From Alphaproteobacteria bacterium (lineage in GTDB: Bacteria; Pseudomonadota; Alphaproteobacteria; SPJN01), in contig JBMYYF010000003.1 of the NCBI GenBank assembly GCA_049609145.1, positions 152,256 to 216,255 of the forward strand: a stretch of 64,000 bases of DNA. Reading direction: 5' to 3'. Made by a program: the position numbers and the translations under genes. How positions within the stretch are numbered: position 1 is the first letter of the stretch; each line of letters opens with the position of its first letter. Below are positions 1 through 9,001 of the stretch, piece by piece. The notes below the pieces were generated by a model, which searched no databases, was not told the DNA's origin, and saw nothing but the letters and a program-made list of their open reading frames with translations.

Positions 1-253
1 GTGCTAAAGGCCCGAAAAACAAGAACTATCGCACCCGGCGCGGGGCGCCCAAGGGGCGTGGCCGCGGCCCGCGCAAATAGCGCTAACATTAGGCTACTAA
101 CTCTATTGTCAGCATGACAACAGGCACCGCGACAAATCGGGTGCTTGAGAGATCAATGTCTCGGCTCCACCCTCGTTCCCAATAAAAAAGCGGTTTACGA
201 ATAACGTAGCAGCCCACATCGGATTACAGGGTTTTAAGGAACGGAACATCACA

Positions 254-676
254 ATGGTTGATATCCACCAAATTGACGAAACGAAGCGCGCTGTATGGCC
301 TGCCCTGTTTGCGGGTATGCGCGGCCTGTGCCCGAATTGTCATGAAGGCAAGGTTTTCACATCCTTCCTAAAAGTTTCACACAAATGCGACACCTGCGGC
401 GAGGAACTGCACCACCATCGCGCTGATGATGCCCCGCCCTATCTCACCATCTTCATCGTGGGCCATATCGTCATTCCCCTGATGCTGCTGGTGGAAAAAG
501 TCTACACCCCTGCCATGTGGATTCATTGGATGACATGGCCCTTGATGGGCTTGTTTCTCGCCTTGCTTATGCTACCGGCCATTAAAGGCGGGTTTGTAAA
601 CCTGCAATGGGCGTTACGGATGCACGGATTTGATGCCTCCGGCGATGAAGAAACGGCAAAATTGCCCGCTGAGTAA
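254..676 (+). CDS. DUF983 domain-containing zinc-ribbon membrane protein
   Basis: 140 aa; N-terminal CPNCHEG...CDTCGEE zinc-ribbon followed by two hydrophobic helices; typical DUF983 architecture. Confidence 0.55.
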   Translation: MVDIHQIDETKRAVWPALFAGMRGLCPNCHEGKVFTSFLKVSHKCDTCGEELHHHRADDAPPYLTIFIVGHIVIPLMLLVEKVYTPAMWIHWMTWPLMGLFLALLMLPAIKGGFVNLQWALRMHGFDASGDEETAKLPAE

Positions 677-739
677 GCCATATCTGGACTTTTGCGGCCA
701 GACACGCCAGTTTCACCCCCGCAAATATTGGGGATATTC

Positions 740-1474
740 ATGAGCACTTTTGACAAGCCGCCCGCGAAAAATGAGGTGCCGAAACGCGCTGTGCGCCCGC
801 GCGATGCCGCTACACTTATTCTCGTAAACCGGGAAGCCCGCGGCGGGCCTACGGTGTTGATGGGCCAGCGCTCCAAGGGGCATGTGTTCATGCCTGACAA
901 GTTCGTTTTTCCCGGCGGTCGTTTGGATCGCGGTGACTTTGCGCCAAACCCGGCCACACGTCTGTCCGATCATGTCGTGCAGCGCCTTACGCAAGACCCG
1001 CGCGGTGCGCGTGCCATAACCGCCGCCAAAGCCCAAGCCCTTGCGATGGCAGCTTTACGTGAAACCTTTGAAGAAACGGGGCTGGTGCTGGGCACCGCCG
1101 ACGCAACCATGCCCCCCACCCGCTCCAAGACATGGCGGCCTTATCGCGATACCGGCATTGCGCCGCGGCTGGACACTTTGGAATTTGTTGCACGTGCCAT
1201 CACCCCGCCCTATCGCAATCGACGATTTGATGCGCGCTTCTTCATGGCCGATGCCGACCTGATTGCCGCCGATAAACATGATGAGTTTGCCGGGTCGGGT
1301 GAGTTGCTGGAACTTCACTGGGTGCCCTTGAAGGAAGCCAAAAAACTTGATCTGCCCAATATCACGCGCATGGTGATCGATATTGTGAATACGCATGTCG
1401 AAGGCCGAGCCGAAGATGGGGTGCCCTTTGTGCATTTTCGCCATGGCAAGCCGCAGATGGATAAAATTCTGTGA
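740..1474 (+). CDS. NUDIX hydrolase
   Basis: Nudix-like core (VFPGGRLDRGD, REtfEEtG); ORF-track start 692 trimmed to ATG 740 by analogy with the paralog N-terminus and a GGGGA RBS. Confidence 0.65.
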   Translation: MSTFDKPPAKNEVPKRAVRPRDAATLILVNREARGGPTVLMGQRSKGHVFMPDKFVFPGGRLDRGDFAPNPATRLSDHVVQRLTQDPRGARAITAAKAQALAMAALRETFEETGLVLGTADATMPPTRSKTWRPYRDTGIAPRLDTLEFVARAITPPYRNRRFDARFFMADADLIAADKHDEFAGSGELLELHWVPLKEAKKLDLPNITRMVIDIVNTHVEGRAEDGVPFVHFRHGKPQMDKIL

Positions 1475-2112
1475 GCAGACCTGCAAGGCCACGCCATAGT
1501 TCAAGTTTGATCTTGGTGCGCCAAAACAAATCCGGGCCGCCTGATATATTGATGGGACGCCGCCCAACCCGCTCCCGCTTTATGCCGGATGTCTATGTTT
1601 TTCCCGGCGGAGGTGTTGAGGCGCAAGATGGCGTATCAAAGCCTCTTAACGGCCTTGTGAAGCCCGTCGCAGCACACTTGGAGGCACAACCCGGCCCCAA
1701 TGCCGCAACCCTGGCTGATGCGGCTGTGCGTGAAACCTGGGAGGAAACCAGCCTGGTGCTCGGCCAGCAGGCGGCAGGCAGGCTGGCAGCAGATCATCGT
1801 CCCCTTGCCTTGGTGGGGCGTGCCATCACACCAACCGACAGCCCAATACGCTTCCACGCCCGTTTCTTTATGGCGGATGCCACTCACACCAGCGGCACGC
1901 CGAAAAGCAATGGCGAATTGCTTGATTTGGATTGGTACCCGGCAGACGAAGTGTTCGCTATGCCTATCATCGACGTAACGGAGATCATGCTGGAACGCGC
2001 CCTTGCTGTTTTGGGGCAACCCAAATGGGCAATCCAACCAATTCGTTTTTCCTACCGCAATGGCAAGCCCTATGTGGTCGATGACGGCGTGGCCTATCGG
2101 TTCACGCCGTAA
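1471..2112 (+). CDS. NUDIX hydrolase (paralog of upstream gene)
   Basis: VYVFPGGGVEAQDG / RETWEETS motifs; ATGA start/stop overlap with the upstream NUDIX gene. Confidence 0.65.
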   Translation: MSRPARPRHSSSLILVRQNKSGPPDILMGRRPTRSRFMPDVYVFPGGGVEAQDGVSKPLNGLVKPVAAHLEAQPGPNAATLADAAVRETWEETSLVLGQQAAGRLAADHRPLALVGRAITPTDSPIRFHARFFMADATHTSGTPKSNGELLDLDWYPADEVFAMPIIDVTEIMLERALAVLGQPKWAIQPIRFSYRNGKPYVVDDGVAYRFTP

Positions 2113-2115
2113 CTC

Positions 2116-3282
2116 ATGCTGCGCGATCTGGCCTATGAACTCGCCCCGGACAAGCGCCGGGCGCTCATTTTGATTCTAGTGGCAATCCTGATTTCCGGTG
2201 TGATGGTAGGGCTGACCATTCCGCTAATCTCACTCATGCTGGATGCCCGCGGACTGTCCCCCGCTGTGATCGGGCTCAACACGGCCATGCTGGGCATTGC
2301 GGCCCTTGTCGCCTTGCCGTTGCTGCCGGGCTTGGTTGCACGCTTTTCCATGCGCCACATTCTCATCACCTCAATCATGGGAGCGATCGGTTGTTTCATC
2401 GCCTATGTGGTGGTGGATAGTGTTTGGGGCTGGTTTGTCATCCGTTTCATCCACGGCTTGGTGCATACGGCCCTGTTCGCATTGGCAGAATTTTGGATCA
2501 ATCACATCCTGCATGACAAAATCCGTGGGCGTGTACTGGGCCTTTACTCCGCCCTGTTCGCCGGGGGTCTGATGATCGGGCCTCTGATCCTACTGATAAC
2601 CGGCACCGACCGGCCAGCCCCTTTCTTGACCGGCGCAGCCCTAATGGCATTGGCGGCGGTGCCCTTCATTACCGCGCGCATACAAATGCCGCGTTTTGAA
2701 AATGAGGCCGGCACCGGCGGCACCATGGCTTTTCTTTGGGCAGCGCCGACCATCATGTTAACAGCCATGATTTTTGGCCTTGTAGAAACAGGCCTATTCC
2801 AGCTTATGCCGATATATGCCCTGCGCGCCGGCAACGAGACACAGATGATCGCGTGGATGATGACCACCATCGGCGCTGGCAATATGGCATTTCAATTGCC
2901 GATTGGCTGGATGCTCGACCGATTCGACCGACGCGCGGTATTAGTGGCTTGCACCCTTGCCGGGGTCGGCGGCGGGGCCAGCCTGCCATTTTTGATTGCC
3001 CAGCCCTATCTGCTTTATCCCAGCCTGTTCATCTGGGCAGGGCTGCTGTTTGGGCTCTACACAATCGGGCTTTCCATGGTGGGTGACCGCTATCAGGGGG
3101 CAGAACTGTTGCGCGCGAATGCGGCTTATGTGCTGCTATATTCACTTGGCACACTTGTTGGCCCCATATTACTGGGCGTTGCCATGGATATTTGGGACCC
3201 GCAAGGCTTTCCTGCCGCCATTATTGCGGTGTGCTTGGGCTTCACCCTCCTGATCCTTTCCCGATCTGCCCAAAAGCCGTGA
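2116..3282 (+). CDS. MFS transporter
   Basis: 388 aa, about 12 predicted TM helices, MFS-like MLDRFDRR loop motif. Confidence 0.75.
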   Translation: MLRDLAYELAPDKRRALILILVAILISGVMVGLTIPLISLMLDARGLSPAVIGLNTAMLGIAALVALPLLPGLVARFSMRHILITSIMGAIGCFIAYVVVDSVWGWFVIRFIHGLVHTALFALAEFWINHILHDKIRGRVLGLYSALFAGGLMIGPLILLITGTDRPAPFLTGAALMALAAVPFITARIQMPRFENEAGTGGTMAFLWAAPTIMLTAMIFGLVETGLFQLMPIYALRAGNETQMIAWMMTTIGAGNMAFQLPIGWMLDRFDRRAVLVACTLAGVGGGASLPFLIAQPYLLYPSLFIWAGLLFGLYTIGLSMVGDRYQGAELLRANAAYVLLYSLGTLVGPILLGVAMDIWDPQGFPAAIIAVCLGFTLLILSRSAQKP

Positions 3283-3401
3283 CCGCCCGCCGCAGGGCGT
3301 TATCTGCTGCCCGCCTTGACTTTCCGCCCCCAGACAATATGTTCTCCTGACTTTGCGGGGCATTTTGGCCACCGCACCCGAAATTCTGGAAGATAAGACC
3401 C

Positions 3402-3569
3402 ATGGCAAAGCCAGCATCAGTCAAAATCAAATTGGTTAGCACCGCCGACACCGGCTATTACTATGTAACCAAGAAAAACGCCCGTACGCAGACCGAAAAA
3501 ATGGTCAAAAAGAAATATGACCCGGTAGCGCGCAAGCATGTTGACTTCAAGGAAGCTAAAATCAAATAG
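3402..3569 (+). CDS. rpmG: 50S ribosomal protein L33 (cysteine-less form)
   Basis: 55-aa [58 protein letters not shown]; not in the ORF track (<60 aa); terminator follows. Confidence 0.85.
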   Translation: MAKPASVKIKLVSTADTGYYYVTKKNARTQTEKMVKKKYDPVARKHVDFKEAKIK

Positions 3570-3594
3570 CATCCTGGTGAAATTCGATTAGGAT

Positions 3595-3629
3595 AAGCCG
3601 TCAGTTCGCGCTGGCGGCTTTTTCTTTTT
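3595..3629 (+). terminator. rho-independent terminator downstream of rpmG
   Basis: 10-bp stem AAGCCGTCAG/CTGGCGGCTT (one G-U), 6-nt loop, then TTTCTTTTTG. Confidence 0.55.
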
Positions 3630-3667
3630 GGGGCTTCTTATTTGATTTAGGGCCAGCGGACCACCAC

Positions 3668-3940
3668 ATGAACGAAAATGCAGCAGAAACATTGGCTTTG
3701 GAAGCCTTAAGCTGGATTGTGTCGGATGAAGACCGATTGATCGCTTTTTTGCGTCTTACCGGCATGACGCCAAGTGATCTACGGGCCAACGCCGGGGCGC
3801 GTACTACGCTGGTGGCCGTATTGGATTTTCTGATGGGCCGCGAATCAGATTTGCTGGATTGCTGTGCCTCCCTTAATGTCCCACCCGAAATGCCTGCCCG
3901 AGCGCGCCAGACCCTTAGCCCCCAAAGTCAATTTGAATAA
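3668..3940 (+). CDS. DUF3572 domain-containing protein
   Basis: 90 aa; conserved alphaproteobacterial small protein family (EALSWIVSDEDRLIAFL...). Confidence 0.5.
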   Translation: MNENAAETLALEALSWIVSDEDRLIAFLRLTGMTPSDLRANAGARTTLVAVLDFLMGRESDLLDCCASLNVPPEMPARARQTLSPQSQFE

Positions 3941-3952
3941 GGCACACCTTGA

Positions 3953-4609
3953 ATGAGCGATCTTCCTGAAAATCTGGCGACGCAACTTGCGGCTCTGCAA
4001 GACATTCCAACTCATCGCCCCATCATCCTGTCGGATGCCGATGAAGTGATCTTGACCTTCGTTTCCGCTTTTGAAGCCTTTTGCGAAACGATTGGCCTAC
4101 AGCTCTCGCTCGACACGCTTGCCATCACTGGCAATGTTACCCGCATGGAAGACGGCACAGTGCTGACAGCAGAAGAAGTGTCTGCCGCGCTTGGGCGGTT
4201 TTTCGCGGAAGGCAGCCATCATCAATCCCCTGTTGAGGGCGCAATTGAAGGACTGAACCGCTTGGCAGAGGACGCGACGGTGATCATCCTCACCAATATC
4301 CCGTTTGAAAGCCGGGCGGTCCGCCAAGCCGCCATGGAAAGTTTTGGCCTGCACCACCCCATCATCGCCAATTCCGGCGGCAAGGGGCCAGCGGCTCAAG
4401 CGCTGACCCAAGGCATTTCTGCACCCTCGTTCTTTATTGACGACCTACCCCCTAATCATATTTCGGTTGCCAAACACGCGCCGCATATTGAGTGCATTCA
4501 CTATGTGGCCGACGAAAGACTGAACAAACTCATGCCCGATGCCCCCGATATCGCCTTGCGTGCCAAAAGCTGGGCCGAGATCGAAGCCCACATAATGGGA
4601 CGCATCTAG
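3953..4609 (+). CDS. putative HAD-superfamily hydrolase
   Basis: DxDxV motif I (ILSDADEVIL), Thr motif II (IILTNIP), GGKG and FIDD motifs III/IV; weak family assignment. Confidence 0.4.
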   Translation: MSDLPENLATQLAALQDIPTHRPIILSDADEVILTFVSAFEAFCETIGLQLSLDTLAITGNVTRMEDGTVLTAEEVSAALGRFFAEGSHHQSPVEGAIEGLNRLAEDATVIILTNIPFESRAVRQAAMESFGLHHPIIANSGGKGPAAQALTQGISAPSFFIDDLPPNHISVAKHAPHIECIHYVADERLNKLMPDAPDIALRAKSWAEIEAHIMGRI

Positions 4610-4613
4610 CCCC

Positions 4614-5495
4614 ATGCGCATTGGTGTAGACCTTGGTGGCACAAAGATTGAGGCCATCGTTCTGGATAAGGATGGGACGGAAATTGCCCGCAAGCGCGTC
4701 CCTGCACCCCGCAACGACTACAAGGCTACCATTGGCGCGATATGTGATCTCATCGCCTCTCTCAACACGCCTCAAGTCACAATCGGAGTTGGTATGCCGG
4801 GCTCTCATAATCCGCGTACACGGCTTGTCCAGAACGCAAATTCAACGTGGCTGAACGACAAACCGTTTGAGAAGGATTTGGCGGCAGCGTTGGGCCAACC
4901 CGTACGCACCGCGAATGATGCGAACTGTTTCGCCTTGTCAGAGGCGGTCGATGGTGCCGCCAAGGGCGCGCACAGTGTGTTTGGCGTTATTCTGGGCACC
5001 GGAGTGGGAGGCGGTATCGTTATCGATCAACGCCCGATTGTTGGGGCACATGCCATTGCCGGCGAATGGGGGCACCTGCCCTTGCCGCACCAGCAAATGC
5101 CGCGGGACGAAGCCCTGCCCTGCTTTTGTGGGCTTGCCGGGTGCATCGAAACTTATTTGAGCGGTCCGGCCATGGCGCGCGCCTTCCACAAAGCCACCGG
5201 GCGCGCCCTCACCGCCACACAGATTGCCGCCGCCAGCGATCGCGAAGCCACCACGCATTTGGATATGTGGCTGGACAGGCTGGCCCGTGGCCTTTCCATG
5301 GTTGTGAACATTATCGACCCTGAGATTATTGTGTTTGGTGGCGGCCTGTCCAAGATCGCGCAAATCTACACAGAATTGCCGGGTCGATTGGCCAGCTATG
5401 CGGCTATCCCCACCAACCACACCCGCATCTTGAAAAACATCCACGGAGATTCGTCCGGTGTGCGCGGGGCGGCATGGCTTTGGGATGGTGAATAG
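4614..5495 (+). CDS. ROK-family sugar kinase (N-acetylglucosamine kinase-like)
   Basis: MRIGVDLGGTKIE N-terminus; CxCGxxGCxE zinc motif (CFCGLAGCIETY); ROK fold. Confidence 0.7.
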   Translation: MRIGVDLGGTKIEAIVLDKDGTEIARKRVPAPRNDYKATIGAICDLIASLNTPQVTIGVGMPGSHNPRTRLVQNANSTWLNDKPFEKDLAAALGQPVRTANDANCFALSEAVDGAAKGAHSVFGVILGTGVGGGIVIDQRPIVGAHAIAGEWGHLPLPHQQMPRDEALPCFCGLAGCIETYLSGPAMARAFHKATGRALTATQIAAASDREATTHLDMWLDRLARGLSMVVNIIDPEIIVFGGGLSKIAQIYTELPGRLASYAAIPTNHTRILKNIHGDSSGVRGAAWLWDGE

Positions 5496-5521
5496 TTACC
5501 AAAGTCCGTTATGATCTACCC

Positions 5522-6820
5522 ATGCAAGGGGAACACGGATTTTGCCAAGACTGCCTAGGCGACCTGCCGGAAAAATTCGGCGGCGCGCTATGCCCGCAAT
5601 GCCGGAGCCCCCGGCTGATACGCCATGAAGAGCTTGCCTCGCTTTCTATCGCCCATATTGATTGCGATGCGTTCTACGCTGCCGTCGAAAAGCGGGACAA
5701 CCCGGCGCTTCTTACCAAGCCGGTTATCATCGGTGGGGGCAAACGCGGCGTAGTTTCTACCTGTTGTTATGTGGCGCGCACCTTTGGTGTTCACTCCGCC
5801 CAACCCATGTTCGAAGCACTAAAACGCTGTCCTGACGCGATTGTCATAAAGCCCAATGGCGAAAAATACAGCGCCGTGGGCAAAGAGGTGCGCGCAGCCA
5901 TGCAGAACCTGACGCCTCTCGTACAACCCCTATCCATCGATGAAGCCTTTCTGGACTTGACCGGCACCGAACGTCTACACGGCATGGTGCCTGCAAAAGC
6001 GCTGGCGACGCTGCAACGCGATATCGAACAGGGGATTGGCATTTCTGTTTCCGTTGGCCTGTCGCACAATAAATTTCTAGCCAAAATGGCATCCGACGAA
6101 CGCAAGCCCCGCGGCTTTTATATTGTGGGACGCGCCGAAACATTGGCGTATCTCGCCCCAAAACCTGTCAGCGCCATCTTTGGCATTGGCAAAGTGTCGG
6201 CAGGAAAATTTGCCAAATCCGGGCTTACCCACATTCATCAGCTACAGGCGATGGCGGAGGCCGACCTTGCGCGCCTCTACGGTGAAACGGGCCTGCGCCT
6301 TTCCCGTCTGGCGCGCGGCATTGATGCCCGCCCCGTCAACACCTCTGGCCCCACCAAAAGCATATCCAGCGAAACCACCTTTATGGAAGACCATCGTGAT
6401 TTCGATACGCTGGACCCGATATTGTGGCGACAGGCAGAACGCGTGTCGGCGCGCGCCAAAAGCCAAGGCTATGCAGGACTGACCGTTACCTTGAAGCTTA
6501 AAACCAGCCGCTTCAAATCCCGCACCCGCAGCCACACATTGGCCGATCCCACGCAATTGGCAGATGTGATCTACCGCACCGCCCGGCCGATGCTGGAGAA
6601 AGAGATCGACGGCACCGCCTTTCGCTTATTAGGTATCGGCATCTCCAATTTGCGGGATGCGGCAGCCGCAGACCCCGGTGATTTGATCGATATAGAGGGC
6701 CGTACCCGCGCCAAGGCTGAAGCCGCTATGGATAAAATTCGTGAAAAATTTGGCCGCGATCTGATACAAAAGGGCCGCGCAGGCCGCCTGAAAGAGCCCG
6801 CAAAGAGTGAGAAGAAATGA
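5522..6820 (+). CDS. dinB: DNA polymerase IV (Y-family) with N-terminal C4 zinc-ribbon extension
   Basis: IAHIDCDAFYAAVEKRDNP and SIDEAFLD catalytic motifs; about 40 aa N-terminal CxxC-x13-CxxC extension. Confidence 0.85.
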   Translation: MQGEHGFCQDCLGDLPEKFGGALCPQCRSPRLIRHEELASLSIAHIDCDAFYAAVEKRDNPALLTKPVIIGGGKRGVVSTCCYVARTFGVHSAQPMFEALKRCPDAIVIKPNGEKYSAVGKEVRAAMQNLTPLVQPLSIDEAFLDLTGTERLHGMVPAKALATLQRDIEQGIGISVSVGLSHNKFLAKMASDERKPRGFYIVGRAETLAYLAPKPVSAIFGIGKVSAGKFAKSGLTHIHQLQAMAEADLARLYGETGLRLSRLARGIDARPVNTSGPTKSISSETTFMEDHRDFDTLDPILWRQAERVSARAKSQGYAGLTVTLKLKTSRFKSRTRSHTLADPTQLADVIYRTARPMLEKEIDGTAFRLLGIGISNLRDAAAADPGDLIDIEGRTRAKAEAAMDKIREKFGRDLIQKGRAGRLKEPAKSEKK

Positions 6821-7803
6821 AGCCAAAAATATTGGTCACCCGGCGCTTGCCCGATGATGTGATGACACGCATCGACACAGCTTTCACGGCAACGCATAAT
6901 CCCGCTGATGCCCCCATGGCAGCAGATGCCTTGATTGCAGGCGCAAAAGGTCAAGATGGGTTGCTGGTCACGATCACCGAACCCGTCACGGCTGAGATAA
7001 TTGACGCGTTGCCCAAAAGCATCAAAATCATTTCCACCTTTTCGGTTGGCTATGAACATATTGATGTGAACGCCGCTGCGGCCCGCAATATCATCATCAC
7101 CAACACGCCTGATGTATTAACAGATGCCACGGCGGATCTTGCCATGATGTTGATCTTGGGCATTACCCGCCGCGCCCATGAAGGTGAGCAAGCCATCCGC
7201 CAAAACAAGTGGCCGCACTGGGCCCCCACAAAGGGGGTGGAAAGCGGCTTGGGTGTGGGCTTGAGGGGTCGCCGCTTGGGCATTCTTGGCATGGGACGCA
7301 TCGGGCAAGCCCTGGCCGCCCGCGCGCGCGCCTTTGGCCTTGAGATACATTATCACAACCGCCGTCGCCTACCTGACACGGAAGAACAAAGTGCAATCTG
7401 GCACGACACAGCCGAACGCCTTTTGGGCATCAGTGATATTCTCTCTCTCAATGCAGCAGCAACACAGCAGACCCATGATTTTTTGAATGCAGATCGTATT
7501 GCGCTCATGCCGGACAATGCCTTTGTGATTAACACCGCCCGCGGTGCCCTCATCAACGATGACGCGCTGATCGCCGCCCTGACATCCGGCAAGTTGCGCG
7601 GGGCCGGACTGGACGTGTTTGCGGGTGAACCGGTCATTGATCCGCGATATCGGGACTTGCCCAACACCTTCTTGATGCCGCATCTTGGCAGCGCAACAGA
7701 AGAAACACGCAGCGCCATGGGACATCGTGCCGTTGATAATCTGGAAGCCTTTTTCAATGGCTCAACGACCATTGATCCGGTGGCACCACAGGAGGTGAAA
7801 TGA
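6817..7803 (+). CDS. D-isomer-specific 2-hydroxyacid dehydrogenase (glyoxylate/hydroxypyruvate reductase-like)
   Basis: GxGxxG NAD site (LGILGMGRIGQA), catalytic region MPHLGSAT; 4-nt overlap with dinB. Confidence 0.8.
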   Translation: MKPKILVTRRLPDDVMTRIDTAFTATHNPADAPMAADALIAGAKGQDGLLVTITEPVTAEIIDALPKSIKIISTFSVGYEHIDVNAAAARNIIITNTPDVLTDATADLAMMLILGITRRAHEGEQAIRQNKWPHWAPTKGVESGLGVGLRGRRLGILGMGRIGQALAARARAFGLEIHYHNRRRLPDTEEQSAIWHDTAERLLGISDILSLNAAATQQTHDFLNADRIALMPDNAFVINTARGALINDDALIAALTSGKLRGAGLDVFAGEPVIDPRYRDLPNTFLMPHLGSATEETRSAMGHRAVDNLEAFFNGSTTIDPVAPQEVK

Positions 7804-8267
7804 CCGACACAGCCCAACAACGCCTTGAGAAACTAGGCCTTTCCCTGCCCACCCCGGTCGCGCCGGTGGCAAATTATGTGCCTTATGTGCAAACCGGAAA
7901 TCTGCTCGTGATATCGGGACAAGTCTCCCTCACCGCCGATGGCACCTTAATCACCGGGCAACTTGGCGCCGATGTCAGCTTGGGCCGGGGTGTCGAAGCC
8001 GCCGTTGCCTGTGGGCTTAACCTTCTGGCACAGACAAATGCCGCGCTGGATGGGGATTTGGAACGCGTGACGCGTTGTGTGCGTCTTGGGGGTTTTGTAA
8101 ACGCCACCGCAGATTTCACTGATCATCCCAAAGTGATCAATGGCGCATCAGACCTGATGGTCGCCGTGTTAGGCGATAAAGGCCGCCATGCCCGGTTTGC
8201 GGTTGGCGCGCCATCCTTGCCTTTGGGTGCGGCGGTAGAAGTTGATGCCATGTTCGAGCTGCGCTGA
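7800..8267 (+). CDS. RidA/YjgF family protein
   Basis: 155 aa with the alphaproteobacterial RidA-like pattern (VQTGNLLVISGQ...); overlaps upstream gene by 4 nt. Confidence 0.65.
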   Translation: MTDTAQQRLEKLGLSLPTPVAPVANYVPYVQTGNLLVISGQVSLTADGTLITGQLGADVSLGRGVEAAVACGLNLLAQTNAALDGDLERVTRCVRLGGFVNATADFTDHPKVINGASDLMVAVLGDKGRHARFAVGAPSLPLGAAVEVDAMFELR

Positions 8268-9001
8268 TGGATTGGCTTACCCAACAACCATTTGCCCATC
8301 GCGGCCTGCACAACAAACAACAGGGCGTGATCGAAAATTCGCGCCGCGCATTTGCGGCTGCCATCACCCAAGGTTATGGCATTGAACTGGATGTGCAGCT
8401 TTCCCGCGACGGTCAGGCCATGGTGTTCCATGATCGCGGGCTCAAGCGGCTCACCGGCCAGCCCGGCAAACTGCAAGCCCTCACCGCCAAGGAACTTGCA
8501 GAAATCAACCTTAGCGGCGGCGTTGATGTCATCGAAACTTTGCCAGCCATTTTGGCGCTGATAGGCGGCAAGGTTCCTGTGTTGGTGGAAGTCAAAACCA
8601 CCCCGCGGGAAGAAGCCGGAAAACTGGAGGATGCCGTCGCCACCGCGCTGGATCACTATAACGGCCCCGCCGCCATGATGTCCTTTGCGCCGTCATCTGT
8701 TGCATGGTTTGCGCAAAACGCGCCGCATATTGTGCGCGGTGTGGTCGCCATGGATTTCGTAAAAGAACCCGCGGGCCTCGCTTGGGCAGAACGCGTGGTG
8801 TTGGCCCAACTGCTGCACATCGATCGCACCGACCCTGATTTCATCGCGTACAATCAAGCGCATCTGCCCCACAACAGCGTTTCCAGGCTTAAGCGGGAAG
8901 GCATGCCCGTTCTCAGTTGGACCGTGCGAGACCAAGCCGCCGCAAACCGCATCACACCCTATATAGACCAAATCATATTTGAGGGGTTCACCCCGGCGTG
9001 A
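8267..9001 (+). CDS. glycerophosphodiester phosphodiesterase family protein
   Basis: FAHRG...ELDVQLSRDG...VFHD GDPD motifs; 1-nt overlap with upstream stop. Confidence 0.7.
   Translation: MDWLTQQPFAHRGLHNKQQGVIENSRRAFAAAITQGYGIELDVQLSRDGQAMVFHDRGLKRLTGQPGKLQALTAKELAEINLSGGVDVIETLPAILALIGGKVPVLVEVKTTPREEAGKLEDAVATALDHYNGPAAMMSFAPSSVAWFAQNAPHIVRGVVAMDFVKEPAGLAWAERVVLAQLLHIDRTDPDFIAYNQAHLPHNSVSRLKREGMPVLSWTVRDQAAANRITPYIDQIIFEGFTPA

Noticed and set aside
1-253. Possible partial gene at the window start
   Set aside because: Plus-strand frame 1 is open for ~39 codons before a TGA stop (~position 118) with low-complexity content. There is no recognisable protein and no support for either strand, so I treat it as the leader/promoter of the DUF983 gene.
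5496-5521. LexA/SOS box upstream of dinB
   Set aside because: Only 26 nt of spacer, and no GTTC-N7-GTTC-type alphaproteobacterial SOS box.
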